From positions 28,708,001 to 28,772,000 of the forward strand of contig CM052817.1 of assembly GCA_028534125.1 (NCBI GenBank): DNA of 64,000 nt, read 5' to 3'. Both the position numbers and the translations under genes were made by a program. This document shows positions 38,263 through 51,749 of the stretch, one piece after another. This DNA comes from Lama glama (taxonomy: Eukaryota). Below the pieces are notes generated by a model. It worked only from the letters and a program-made list of their open reading frames with translations. It did not search any database and was not told where the DNA came from. The first letter of the stretch is position 1, and each line of letters begins with the position of its first letter.

Positions 38263-40749
38263 TTTAGATTTTCCCATTTTAAAACAAACGCTTATTTTGC
38301 AATATCCTCTGAAACACATATTTTTTTTGTAAATTTAGACCAATACAAAAGGCTTTTCTACATTAACTGGATAGGCACAGACAAGAAATAAGTACGGTTT
38401 AAAGGAAAATTTGATATTTAAATGTGAATTCCACTTTAAAATTTATAGAGTGAAAATCATTAGGAAAATAGATAAGACGATGTAGAATTATGCAGAGAGG
38501 AAATGGAGAGGACAAAGGAATCATCTTAGGACTCATGATTTGTCAGATACTATAACTCCCAAATATCAGAATTAGGTTTGTTTAATAAGGCACATTTAAG
38601 ACTGAACCTTTCAGTGATGTGTGCCTCTTGATCAGGAAAAGGTTCTGACATAAGGCCAGGAATTTCTGCTAAGAGCTTTTGGAACCATATTAAATAATGA
38701 GTAGCTTCTGTCAAGGTTAGATGCCTTGATACTTTTCATGCCACTTTATATTTCACTTTATTCTAAGTCTAATATTTCAATAGCAGCAGCAACATCAATC
38801 TCCTTTTCTGACATTAAAGCCTTACAGATTAAAAGTAAAAGATTGTAAGTTGGTGTTAATGAAACTATTACAAGATGAAAAAATATATTGGTAACATCTT
38901 GTACGTAAATCAATCAAATGACTGTAAAAAAAGAATTTGCACTAGGAATGCACTCAGAAAGCCATGTTTATTTACAAGATATTTAATAACTATCCATTAA
39001 AAGCTTGAAGATGGAACTTTTAAAATACAGGCAGCATTAGTAAAAGTATGCTCCCAATATGCATTTTGAATAACTCTCCATGAAGTGCTGAAGACACAGG
39101 AGTCCCAGAAATGAATAGTCTGCTTTGACTTTATACAGCTCAGTGAAAGTGATCTGGGGGGATCACTCTTTGTTCCCTTTATAAAACTTTAAACAAGTAC
39201 GTGCAATTTGAATGAAAAATTCAAACACATGCATTCCTTTTAGGATAAAAAATTTCCATAACAGAGAACTAAACTAGGGCTACAGTTACTCAATAATAAA
39301 GACTATATCTAAAGACCACTAATTAATCAGAAATTATGATTTACATTATAATTGATTTTAATACAATTGTGACTGCATATCAGCCTTAGGAAAGTACAAA
39401 AACATGTTTACTCAATGACTCAAGACTCACAACTCTTTTGCTTGAGTGGCTGGCTGTTCCATTTGCTTTTAATAAACTGTGAACTATTTTGCAAGCAAAC
39501 CCGCAAGGTCAAGGCCAAAGGACAAATAGAATACTGAGAATATTCTGATTTTGTAGATCAAAAAGCAAATGAAAATGGTTAATGTTTACTTTTTATTGGT
39601 TTTGTTCTAGCAATTTTTATCATTTTTGTTTTCAATAGCAAAAATACACATATAATTAGAAAAGGCTTTATAATCAAAATCTTCAGTATTATGTGTCTAA
39701 ATTGTTCTACCCTTTAACCACTTTATTAATAACAAAAGGATTGTTTTATAATTCAATTTCTGGTAAGACAAGTTTTATTAAAAATATTAACTTTTAGTAT
39801 AGTGCATTCTAGAGAACTCTAAGTAATTATAAGAAAAAATGAATTAAATCCACATCACTTTTATTAGTACTATATATTTATAGAAAATTACCAGAAAATA
39901 TGGCATTGTGACTACAGGACATACCCTGCTCTCATGTAACACAGCCTAGAAGGGACAGAAAAAGAAATGGAGGAGATTTAATCAAGATGGCAGGCCATTT
40001 TTTTTTAATCTGTTACAAAACCTTTAAAATGTTATCTTGAGGGTGGAGGAGAGAGAGAATAAATGAACTAAATCCTTGACAGTTCTAGAAAGCATGAAAA
40101 CTGTCATGAACAGAACAGATACTGGGAAAATTCTGGGTGACCAAAAGCAGATGGGATCAGTCTAAAATAAGAGTAGGAAAAAACATTAGCCTGACACACT
40201 CACAGGAAAAAAGAAAAGAGAAAAAATGATTCAGTAGAACTCAAAACCCAGAGTAAACTAATAAAAGAGATGGAAGAAATCTTGGGTTAATCATCAGAAG
40301 ACCTGGGTCTTGTATATAAGGCTGGGCTGTCCATTTCACTAAGCAGAAAGCAGCAGAGGCACTGAACCCAGGACAAAAACCCAACAGCTCTCTAGAGGAT
40401 AATGAGAATAATTACTTCAGCAGATGAAGGATTGGGGCTTTGAAGTGAATCCAGATCTCTGCTATCCATCAGTGAGAGAGTGGGCAGGGTTGGATGGGAC
40501 TCTAAAGAACAAAGGAGATGCTCCCAGCCAAAACAAAAACAAACAAAAATCTCTCCTTGACTTGACTGCAGGTGAGAGTAGAGTACTGTGGAGTTGGGAA
40601 GGACTCAGCTTATATGCTAGTTAAATATCAATTCATTCTAAAGTAAGGTCATCCAGTCAAGACACAATACCCCCTCTCCCATATGAGGCAGAGCCCAGGC
40701 ACTGAAATATACTGTTGGGCAAAGAAATCTGAAACTCTGCTAGGTTAAA

Positions 40750-41640
40750 TCCATGCCATCTACCTACTTAGCAGTCTAGTCATTCATCATTAATATAAAC
40801 AGAAAGCAAAAATTAATAGTCATCTTTACATAAATAAGAGCATTAAAGAGAGAGACTTTGATAAACAACAAAAGTGTTTTTGCCTGAAAAGTAGAAGAGA
40901 ATTTAAAAATTCTATTTAGAATCCTCAGAGAGAAAGGAGAGAATATTGAATATTTAGAGAGTTGACAACTGATAAACATTTCTTTGGAACTAAATATTTT
41001 ATTTAAAAAGTAGAATAAGTGATAAAATGAACACAGAAAAATAGGGCTAAAAATCAAACTAGTAATCTGAAATAAAATGTCATAGACATTTCTTAGAATT
41101 TGCAACAAAGTGATATACAGATGAAGTGTAAGTTAAGAATCAATCCAGCATGTCCGCATCTGACTATCAGGAGTTCCTAAAAAGAAAGACTGGAGTGAAA
41201 GCAGTGGCAATAAATAAAAAAAAAAAAAAAGAAATTATAAAAGAAAAATGTTCATAGGTTATAATAAACAGAGATACCTTGCAGATTGAAAGTGCTACTG
41301 AGTTTCAAACAACGTAAATTAAGAGAAAGTCATACCTAAATGCATCTCAGTGAATTTTCAGAATTTCAAGGGTAAAGAGAGGGTCCCAAAAACTTCCAGA
41401 GGGAAATAAAGCATCCTACAGACAACAGCTTAAGAATTTGAGCTTGAAAATTTCAATGACCAATCTGATTTCTAGAAAACTATGAAGCAAAACTGTGGAA
41501 GGTTTTAGGAAAAAATAGCTTGAACTTAGAGACCTACTCCCAGTTATCTTAGCATTCACATGTAGGATATTTGTGGAGACACTCAAACAAAAGGTCTCAT
41601 TGAAAGTATTTGTCAATGTTATACTTCAGCAAAAATTAAA
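40750..41640 (+). mobile_element. Ancient L1 ORF1-region remnant (L1ME/HAL1-like)
   Basis: A-rich; atctgactatcaggagttcc, cagattgaaag, cagtgaattttcagaat..aagggtaaagaga. Confidence 0.55.
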
Positions 41641-41644
41641 ATCA

Positions 41645-42690
41645 GCTCATTCATTTGTCAGTTTAATAAATTTAATAAATATTTATTGAGAGCCAATACA
41701 TGGAAGACATCTTGCTAGAAATATGGAGAATGTACCATAAAATTTAATTTATCTAGTGATAAATATGGATATTCATTTAATACTCACACGAAATAATGCA
41801 GAATTATACTGAGATAAGAGCTGTGTAAACTGGTAACATGATAGTATATTTTGGGAAATCACATTTTCCAAAACGTAAAGGACGGGCTTTTCTCAGGAAG
41901 CCATCATGAAGGTAAAACAATTATAGGAGGTACTGAGTGAGCAGGGGAGGAGGAGCAAGAGGTAAGAGCATGAGCAAGGTCCTATCTGCAGTGAAGTGTG
42001 AAAAGTTGCAAGAACTAAATAAAGGCAGCACAGGTGGAGCACAACCCAAGTTGAATCCCAGAGGCTGATGAGTGCCAGATAGTTCAAGTTCTTGTCAGGC
42101 ACCACAAAGAAATTTAGTATTTGTCTAATGAGAAAAAGGAGTACAACAAAGCAATTTAAACCGAGGAGTACAACAAAGCAATTTAAGCAGGTAGGGAACA
42201 AGAGCAAATTTGTATTTTGCAACAATCACCATGAAATGAGAGAGGGATGGCTTGGCAGGGGACTGTGTGCAGGCAGACAGAGCAGCAGCAACTAGAAGCC
42301 TTTCCCTGTTTCCCAGGTGAGGGATGAGGACACACTAGCATAAAATGCTGCTGCTGGTGGTGGTGGTGGTGGTGGTGAAGGAGAGAAGTGAAAAATATCG
42401 GAGAATTTTAAAAAGTAAAAACCAATAGGAACTAGTGAAGAATTGTCTGTGGGTAAGAAGACAGGGTTGTCAGGGAGATCCTGGAGGTATCAGTGGTGAC
42501 ACTTAGGTTTATGGCCTTTCTAATGGATTGGATGGTTCTATCATATTGAAATAATAGATATCGGAAGAGAACTAGGTTTACGAAAAAATAACCATGAATT
42601 CGTTTGTGGTAAACTTACTGAATTTAGACAGTTGAATATATCCAAGTAGAACCTCAGGTAAGGTTTTAAACACATACTTGTCTGAAGCCC
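41645..42690 (-). mobile_element. L2 inserted in ancient L1
   Basis: cattcatttgtca...taaatatttattgagagcca; ccaggtgagggatgagg; ttagacagttgaatata. Confidence 0.6.
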
Positions 42691-42699
42691 TCAGAAAAA

Positions 42700-45600
42700 G
42701 AAGCTTGGCCTCTTTTTTTCAAGAAAGATAAAGAATATAAAAAAAAATTCTTGAAAAAAGAAATCAGTAAGTCTTAATATAAATATGGTTATATTAGACA
42801 TTTGGAACTAGCATCAAATGATTACAAGAGGGAAAGGGAGCAGGCTGAGAGAAAGTCATAACATACTAAGGATACTGTCTTGCTGAAAAGACTATAGATG
42901 TTAATTCTATATATTGTTGGGAATTATGTGAAGCATGTGTTAAAAATTTTACACTACTAGAAGAATAAACATACAAAGCATACATGTAATAATTACAAGA
43001 AAAAGCAACATGGAACAAAGTAAGTGAACAATAAAACAATTTACTATGAATTGTCAAAGATAAAAAAAATCAAGTGAAAACAGTAAGCTGAAAATTATGA
43101 GGAGGATATTTATCAATAAATGACTAATGAGGTAAAAATCCCTGAATGACAGAGGTAAAAAATAGTAGCTGAACATTTTTTTTTTAATATTTGGATATTT
43201 TAAAACAATCTTCTAATTAGTTTTTGGGTTAAAGACAAGGTAGATTTCATGGGTTTATCATCTGTGTAGTTACACAGGTTTCCACACTCAGGATGACCTC
43301 ATGCTTAGTTTAATGCTTTGCCATGACTGTCTTAAAACAAGAATTTACTCTTTAAACTTGTGTTTTGTGAGTGAAGCCCACTAGAACAAGGGAGCATACG
43401 TGTGAGCAGAGGAGATAAGCAGAATTGTCCCAGTTCCTTGTCACTCTATTTGCAGATGACATTTGGATGCCTCATGACTGTAAGAGTTGAGTGAGACTCA
43501 AAGCAAGTATAGACATCTTACCTTAACACTGGGTAAGGGGGGCAGGAAGAGAAGGGTGCAGTTCTGACAGCCCCTAGGGGTCATGCTCTCTGTTCCAACC
43601 ACAACTCACCTGAATGCACAAGGAAAGCAGTGGCACTCCAAGTAACGAGAAGGACCAAGGAATCCTACCATATCCTTCCTTAGTCATCATTATGCTAAAA
43701 ATAATAGCATAGGAAGAAAGGGAAAAATAGGGAAATCCCTAGTTCTTTTTTCTTTCCATTCTGTAGTCATTAGTAAGGCAAAGTGGTGTGCTGGCAGAAT
43801 GTGGGCATATCAAGAAGTGGAATAAAAGTGTTGTTAATTTTGTGCAATATTTTTATTCTTCTAGTAAGAAAATATGCATATGCATGTATGGGCACGGGAA
43901 CACCCACTGTGTAATTCTGGTGATTCTGCTTACCAGTTTCATGCTCTAATATTCACATCTAAAATTGCAATTGCACAATATAAACAATAAAATTCATGCT
44001 AATAATTTAAAACTTGACATTTTCTTTATTTAGGCCAGCATTTAATAGCAAATAAAAACATCAATGACAAGTTGTGAGAGCGACCACAGAAGAAAGGAAG
44101 AAGTTTTATATTTTAGAACCTCCAGTGGCTCCTTTTTTTTCATTTGGCACTGGGTCATAAGACTTACATCAACAAAAGACTTTAACCAATTTATTTTAAA
44201 ATGTAGACTAATAAGGCTACTACATACTAAAATACCACATATCACCCAAAGTGATTCTCAGAGTAAAAACAATGCATTCTTAAATAGATTTAATATAAAA
44301 ACTTAAAAAAGAATACACATAAATGAACTGAGCACACAACTCAAGGGACTGGAATATAACAAAATAACCCAAAATGAATAGGAGCTTAATACAGAAGACA
44401 GACAGAAAGTAACAAAGAAGGAAACAAAAATCTGTAGAAAATAAATACAATGAAAAGACTTAAAAACAGACAATCCTGTGGTATATCTGATAAAAAGAAA
44501 ACAGAGAATCATTTATTATCTGTAGGGAATAAATGAGAAAACAGAATCATTTATCATGATAATGATGATCCTTAATTCAGGGAAGTGGGAATAAAGAGAG
44601 AATCAGAGAGAATTTAAAGCGATAAAAATATACTATTTTAAAACTTATATCAAAAAATCTTAATGTTCAAAAATATATATATGTAAATTACCAATTCTGA
44701 ATTACTAAAAAATAGAAAACATGAGCAGATGTATATAAATAATTTTTTTAAAAAGGAAATAAGTTCAAGATCTAATCCTAACAAGGAAGCATATGCAAAT
44801 GTTCTATAGCAAAAAAAAAATCTCTGAGGAAATAACATCTATGCTATACAAACTTATCCAAACAACAGAAAATAAGAGAAAGTTTCCTAATCAATTTTGT
44901 AGCATCGATAACTCTGATCTTAAACCCAGAAGAAAATACACAGGTAAAGAATATTGTGAGATTATCTGCTTTCTGAACCCAGATGTAAAAATCCTGAATA
45001 AAATGTATAGAACTTTAATCCAAAAATGTATCAGAAGGATAATGTATCATGACCAAGTAACATTTATTTTAAAAATGAGAGACAATTCATCACCATAAAC
45101 TATATATTACATTATAAGATAAAAATGAGGAAATAATGTAATCATCACAAAACATATAAAGAAACATTAGATAGAATACAACACCCACACTTGATTAATT
45201 TTTAAATGGCAAACATAGATATTGGAAGAAAAGCAATTTCTTAATTTGATAGTGAGGTATCAAAACTATTTCTATGAAAGTCAAAATTAAGGCCAAAGCA
45301 CCTGCTATTATTACTTCCATTCAATTTTTTTACTGAAGGATACGGTCAATAAAATAAAAAGTAAGGAAAATTAAGTAGAAATATTGGAATGGGATTAAAA
45401 AAAATCCTTATTTTGGGTGATCTGATATGATCTAGGACAGCTGAAAAACTCTTAAAAAGTGTTTCAAAAGGAGGCTGGATAAAAGATTAATACACAAAAA
45501 TCAACTGCTTTCCTCTGTATTAGCAATGCTAATTTTTAAAACGTATTATAGGAAATAGATCACAGTCAGTGTAGCAACACAAATTTCAGAATAACTGTGA

Positions 45601-46370
45601 ATAAGTTCAACAAGAGGTATATGAAAAAAAGCATAAAACTTTGGGATTATTGGACTTCATTGAGTGACCTAGAGAAACTGAATAAATGGAGAGAAACACT
45701 TACTAGAATAATATTGTAGAGATAATTATTCTAAAATAAATGTATAAATACAATGCAAGATCAATACAAATCTTAGTATTTTATGTAACTTGTCAAACTT
45801 ACATTAAAATAACTTGGAAAATTATATATACAAGAATGACCTACAATATTTTGAGATGTACAAAAAATATGAAGAACCTGCCTTCCTATATATCAAACAA
45901 TACTTCAAAACTTCACCATAATTTTGACAGTGTGACAAATTGTGTCAATTAAACACAATGGAAAGAGTAAAAACCAAACCATGTGTCTATATACAATTGG
46001 TATTTCAATTCAGTGGGGAAAGAATGCAGACTATTCAATAAATTGTGTTAAGGCTATCTATTTAGAAAAATATTTACACCTCACATTATATATATATTGT
46101 AAGTAAACACTAGATGAATTAAATAAACAAAAAAGCTATTAATATACTCAAAGAAAATATATACTTCTTGAAAATAATTTTATATTGATTAATACAACTC
46201 ATAAAACTCAGAATCAATAAAGTATGATAGACTTGATTTATAAAATATGAAATTTCTATAAAATACAAAATTTCTATAAAATATAACATTTCTATAAGAT
46301 AAAAAGTTCCAACACAAAATTGAAGGCTAGTGACCAACTAGGGAAATAACTCAACATATAGAATGTATTC
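42700..46370 (+). mobile_element. Ancient L1 ORF2-region remnant
   Basis: Degenerate peptides LYKLIQTTE..KFPNQF and NPDVKILNK..IQKCIRRIMYHDQVTFI typical of the L1 ORF2 pre-RT region; aatacacaaaaatcaactgctttcct. Confidence 0.8.
43236..44160. mobile_element. MER45-family (hAT-Tip100) long element nested in L1
   Basis: ttcatggg...tgtgtagttacacagg...ctcagg...gtttaatgct start and catttggcactgggtc end. L1 sequence resumes on both sides. Confidence 0.75.
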
Positions 46371-47369
46371 TGACCCAATTAGAGAAAGCAACTTGTCTGG
46401 CTGATGGAGATCAAAAGATCACATTTATTAATAATAAAACCATTGGAAGACATAGGATTAAGTGTGAGGAACCTAACCATTTTGCTATCACTGCACCCCA
46501 GAATTAAACTTACTTATCAGATTATAGGCAGAATTGAGCAATTACAGACACCCTCCCATACCCCGCACACACACACCCCTCATGGGGGCCTGACATCTCT
46601 AAACTTCATTCATAGATGAGCAAAACAAAATGTATCTTTCCTGGAAGTAATCAAATCCAAAACAAAACACAAAAACAAACAAACAAACAAAAAACAGTAA
46701 AAAGCTAAAAGGAAACATACCAATCTAATAAGGGTAGTTTCTCTAGGGAGAAGAGCCTGGTATTGGGAGCAGTGAAGGGGAGCTTTCCTTATATGCTTAA
46801 AATTTTAAATTTACAATGACTATGCTTGCATTACTCACAATGAGTATATTTGCATTACTTAAAAGAGCAGGTGAGGAGACATGGCAAGAGACCTGGCTCC
46901 AAGTCTCAGTTCTGCCAGCCACTGGCAGAGGGACCTTCAAGAAGGAACTCCATCAATTTTGGACCACAATTCATTATTGCTTCAATGGCTAAAAACATTA
47001 TGAGTGATTCCTTTCACTTCTAAATATTACAAACATCCCAGCAGAATATGGGGACTGAGGGCACAGTGTTTCTGACTGGCAAGGCCTAGTTCCATCCCCT
47101 AGACTCAAAACTGCCTCCAGCCACAAGCCCACAGCATGTGTGCTGTGTCCACCGCTGCAGGCAGTCAAGACGAAACTGTTCCACATTCAATACTCAGGTT
47201 ATTGAGGTCTCTGTCTTGGGCCTCACGTGGATTGATGACAGGGAAGGAACACTCTCTATGCCGGGACCCAAACACTGCAGCACGGTGGTCCTTGGTCAGA
47301 CTTGCCCTGGTGGACAGAGGCCACTCCCATTTCTCATCCATTCATCCTCAGATAGACTGATAGCTTCTA

Positions 47370-47900
47370 ACTGAGAAGGAATTGTGTCTGGACTGGGTGC
47401 CACAAGCTCAGGCTACCAGATAGACAGGCTTGGGTCCAAGCTCACACTTAGCCACATCTTAGCTACAGGTGACCCTAAGGAAGTTACTCAAACATCTCCC
47501 TACGGATTCTTCCCATCTGTGAAGGGCTGTTGTAAGATTACACAGATGTGCTATTCAGGTAAAGCACTTTTCACATCGTAGGCTTACATTATTATTCTAA
47601 GACTCTGAAGATAAAAATAACAATAATGATCACCCAAAATGGTCCTCTCCTAAGAGCTGTACTTTACAACTCTGTGAGGTAGAATACTCATGCCTACACT
47701 TCTTATTAGAAATCTGTTATTGGGGGTGGCAGGGGACTAGATTCTAATACCTGTGTTGTCACCTCACAGCTGTGCAACCTTGAACAAGTTACTTGAACTC
47801 TCCGTGTGCTGGATTCCTTATATGTAAACTAGAGATTAAAATTGTCTTTTACAAAGTGCTTTGGTCTTGCATTCAGTAAGTACTCAATAAATATTGTTCA
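47370..47900 (+). mobile_element. MIR fragments (two)
   Basis: gtgaccctaaggaagttactcaa...; tgtgcaaccttgaacaagttacttgaactctccgtg. Confidence 0.6.
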
Positions 47901-50344
47901 CTATGTAACTCATTAATTCTTTAAATGCACTGCAAATGATAAAGTACGATATGAAAGATGCATCACATTATATAATCTCTTTCACGTATTTTATCAATAT
48001 CATCTTTTCGGTGGGTTTGACCCTGACTACCCTATTTCAAGTAGTAATCCACCTCCACTTCTGTCCACCTGATTCTCATCCTGACTGATAAGTCCTCCCA
48101 CATCCTTCTCCTCTGTCCTATATTATTGGAATACAAAATTGTTTTCTCACCAAATGCATTTGTCAGCACGTAAAGTTAATGTTTTTTAAACAAATGTGTA
48201 TTTCTTTAATTCTGTGGAGGGGGTAAAACTGTCTGCACATGCCACTTATGTCAACTGCTCCATCAGCACTGAACATGATATATTAAAACTCCTTTGTAGC
48301 GGAAACCAAAAACCCACTGCTTGCTACAGGAAACCTAGCATAGTGCTGAAGAATGAAATTGCTTTGCCTAAGGAGTTTTATTAGGTTCTCCAAACTTGGG
48401 GAATGCTTTCTGCTGAGTTGCTAGCAGCATGAACACAGGCAGAGGAAGCAGGGATGAGAATCAGAGGTAGAAAGACCAGGCTGAGATGATCACTGTTGAC
48501 CTATTTGGTGACATCAGAAGTGGCATCCCAGAGACCAGTATTGAAGGAAGCCCCCAGGAAACCATGATAGGTTAAGAAGTCCTACGTCCATTACAAAGTT
48601 TTTCTCTTTGAGTATAAAAGGTGAACATAGTCTTTAAGAAGAGGCTCCACTTAGCTTTCTTAGGCAGAAAATTTCTCAGTCACACCAGCAACTATTCCTG
48701 TGATATTCACTAATTCTTCTGTGAAAACAGTTTCTGATCATTGCCATAATTGTCATACAGTCATTACATTCAGTGCTTAACCAAAGGCACTATTGCTAAC
48801 TGTTTTTACAACAGTTTTACTGAGTCAGTACCAAATGGTGTCATCACATATTTGCCCCGTGTTTCTTGGCACCAGCGAGCAGGGGAAGTAATTACCTGGG
48901 AGCAGGGCCACAGGGAACTTCAGAGAACTGCACCACCACCAGAATGCATCTTAATGAGCAGCCTTTGAATCTGCACCTCCACCACCCATCCCTACTTCCA
49001 TAAAATGGTGCATTCCCTAATTAGGACCATCGTATCAGGCTACAAGATAGAATTACTTTTTATTGAAAACTGCAAAATAACCTTAAATCAGAAGTTTGAT
49101 ATGCTCCAAAAGTATGATGTATGCAAATTTTTCATCCAAAAAGAAAAAAGATCTTGTCTAGGAGTGGAATAATTGGGATGCAGTTATTGAAGCCTGTACC
49201 TCTCAACTTTCACTGATCCACTGTCCTGCCTTTTCATTCATTTGTCCTCATAAAACTCAACCGGAATCTCTCTCAATTATAAATACCACAAGTACTGAAG
49301 AAAGAAAAGACTGTATCAACACATTAGGAATCAGAGATAAGACTAGGGAGGATATGTTTATTTCTACAGTGTTTGTCAGCTCAGATTTGATGACTGATGT
49401 CAAGACAGGACATTCCAAATCAGTTGAAGGTCCATCTTTAATCCACTATCTAAGTCTCTAGGGAGTATAGGAAGGGTTTATTTGTTTGCTTGTTTATTAA
49501 GAGGCATTCAGTTCCTTTGCATGTGGATTCTGTTTGAGGGTTTGCTATTTTAAAAACAGCATGCAATTTCTGTTTAAGTGTCCTAATAAAAAAATTAAAA
49601 CAAAAGGATAAAAATGTGTTTGTTCTGGAAACTTGGATTTTTTTTACCCCCTCACAAGCAATGATATTTAATGATCTGATAAAATGAGTTTTTTCTGAAG
49701 GGTTTTTATTACGCATACACAGCAGGGCTTGCTTTAAAATGGCTTCTCTGGCAATGAGAAACAGAAAAGAGATGTGATGGGCCAGAGAACTTAAAAGAAT
49801 ATGAGATTCAGAATTCCTGTTCAAAGACAAGATACTCACTGAGGAATATCAGGTTCAAATATGATTCCCATCTCTTTGAGTTCACTCTTCAAGCTAGTAA
49901 ACATTTTATTTAACACACTTTAGCAAAAAAAAAAAAAAGGAGTCATTTCTCTTTCTTTCACGTTATATAAAATAAAAACATAAGATTATGAATGAAAAGT
50001 AAAAAACAAAAATAAATGTATGAGCAGAGGCACAGTAAAGAGCCTGGACAGACCGGGCAGTGAAAATGTAAAGCTGGATGGCTACAGAGGAATTACAACA
50101 AGAGACCAATGGAGACGACGCAGTTCTAGCTAAGTAACTCTAAGAGTTGAAAGCAGTAAAAACAGAAAGACCAGAAGGCAAGTTAACCTCTCCAAGCTCA
50201 ATTTGAGATCTACCTGAATGCCCAACATATATTTATTTCTCAGCATTGTGTAAATATTACAACAATCAGATAGCAGTTATCTCTTCTCTTTGCTTCATAA
50301 TTCTTTTAAAGCATCTTCAGTGAATCTGAACCCTTTAAGTATGA

Positions 50345-50500
50345 GGAATGGGGAGTTGCTGTAGGTATAAAACTTCAGTCATATAAGATGACTACGTTCT
50401 AGAGATCTACTGTACAACACTGTGATTGTAGTTATTCATATGTACTGTACACCTTTGCTGAGAGGGTATGTCTCATGTTATCTGTTCATACCACATTTTT
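50345..50500 (+). mobile_element. L1MA-like 3' end fragment
   Basis: ggtataaaacttcagtcatataagatga..gttctagagatctactgtacaaca...ttgctgagagggta. Confidence 0.7.
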
Positions 50501-51296
50501 TTAAAAGGCATTTTAGAACGTCAGATGACCCCTGTAATGAGCCTTTTCCAATTCCCTCTCTGGGTGTACCTGTGGCAGTGAAACAATGCTGATGCATTTT
50601 TCTTTATCTTATACATTTACCCCCTATTAGTCACAGTTGTTTTGTTTGAAAGCAAGAAGAAGGTAATCTGGAAAATGCTTTTATAAAATAACCAAGAAAA
50701 AAGTCTTATCAAATGAGAATATATATGTAAGTGACTAGGAAATTACGAAGGAGTTGGCCATAAAAATAAGTGGTTTTTAAACTGATATTTCATTACTATT
50801 ATCTGCCTCAAAGAGCACCTATCTACTGTTTGTTTTGAAAATCACATAGAAAAAAACTGTTACTAAAAAATCACCATAGGGTTTTGATTAAATCTGATAA
50901 ACGAATGCTAGAAGGAGGAGATACATTCAATTAGGGGATAAATTTACAAATTTCTTGTGGTAATATGGAGATGGGAAGATAGGGAGGAGAGGGACCACTT
51001 TTTGTCTTTTAAGATATGCTTGGAGGCAGGGACTGCAGCCAGACTCTTAGCAGTTCAGTTCTAGGAGAGTTTCCACTTGGAGTTTAAAGAGAGGAAAGCT
51101 TGCTCTCTGGATGTGGGCAGAGAGTCAGTGTCACCATCAACTGAAGTGACAGCAGGACCAGGCAGGGGGGCAAGTTGCACTGCAGCAGAGACACAGCTCG
51201 CCACTCATCTAGAGGCAGACACGTCTTTATCAGGTTCATAGTTTTCCTTAACTAATTTGAGATTTAGTGGAAATGAAAACTTACTAAGGAAAAACA

Positions 51297-51522
51297 TATT
51301 TTCTGAAGTGTTGTCAATTTACAATGTTAGTTTCAGGCATACAGCAAAGCAATTCAGTTATACATATAGATACATACATATATATTTTTTCAGTTTCTTT
51401 TTTATTATGTCACATTATAAGAAATTAAATATAGTTCCCTGTGCTATACAGTAGGTCTTGTTTCTTATCTATGTTATATATAGTAATGTGTAGCTCTTAA
51501 TCCCAAACTCCTAATCTATCCC
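51297..51522 (-). mobile_element. L1 extreme 3' end (same type as 28639-28898)
   Basis: tttacaatgttagtttcaggcatacagcaaagcaattcagttatacatat...aatatagttccctgtgctatacagtaggtc. Confidence 0.85.
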
Positions 51523-51749
51523 AATTCAATATTTTTAGACCTCAAGGCTAAATTAATCAATAGGGTAATCAATATTTTGGCCACCCTCTTGGAAGAAAGA
51601 AGAAACTAGAATATTTGAACTCTGACCATCAGCCTCTCTAGTTACATGTTATTTCTTGGCCAGTATTCTGTTTTACCTTAAAGTTTTTGTAATTCCATAT
51701 TTAGACACTATCATTATTATATTTGGAAAACATATCATTTTCGGTATAG

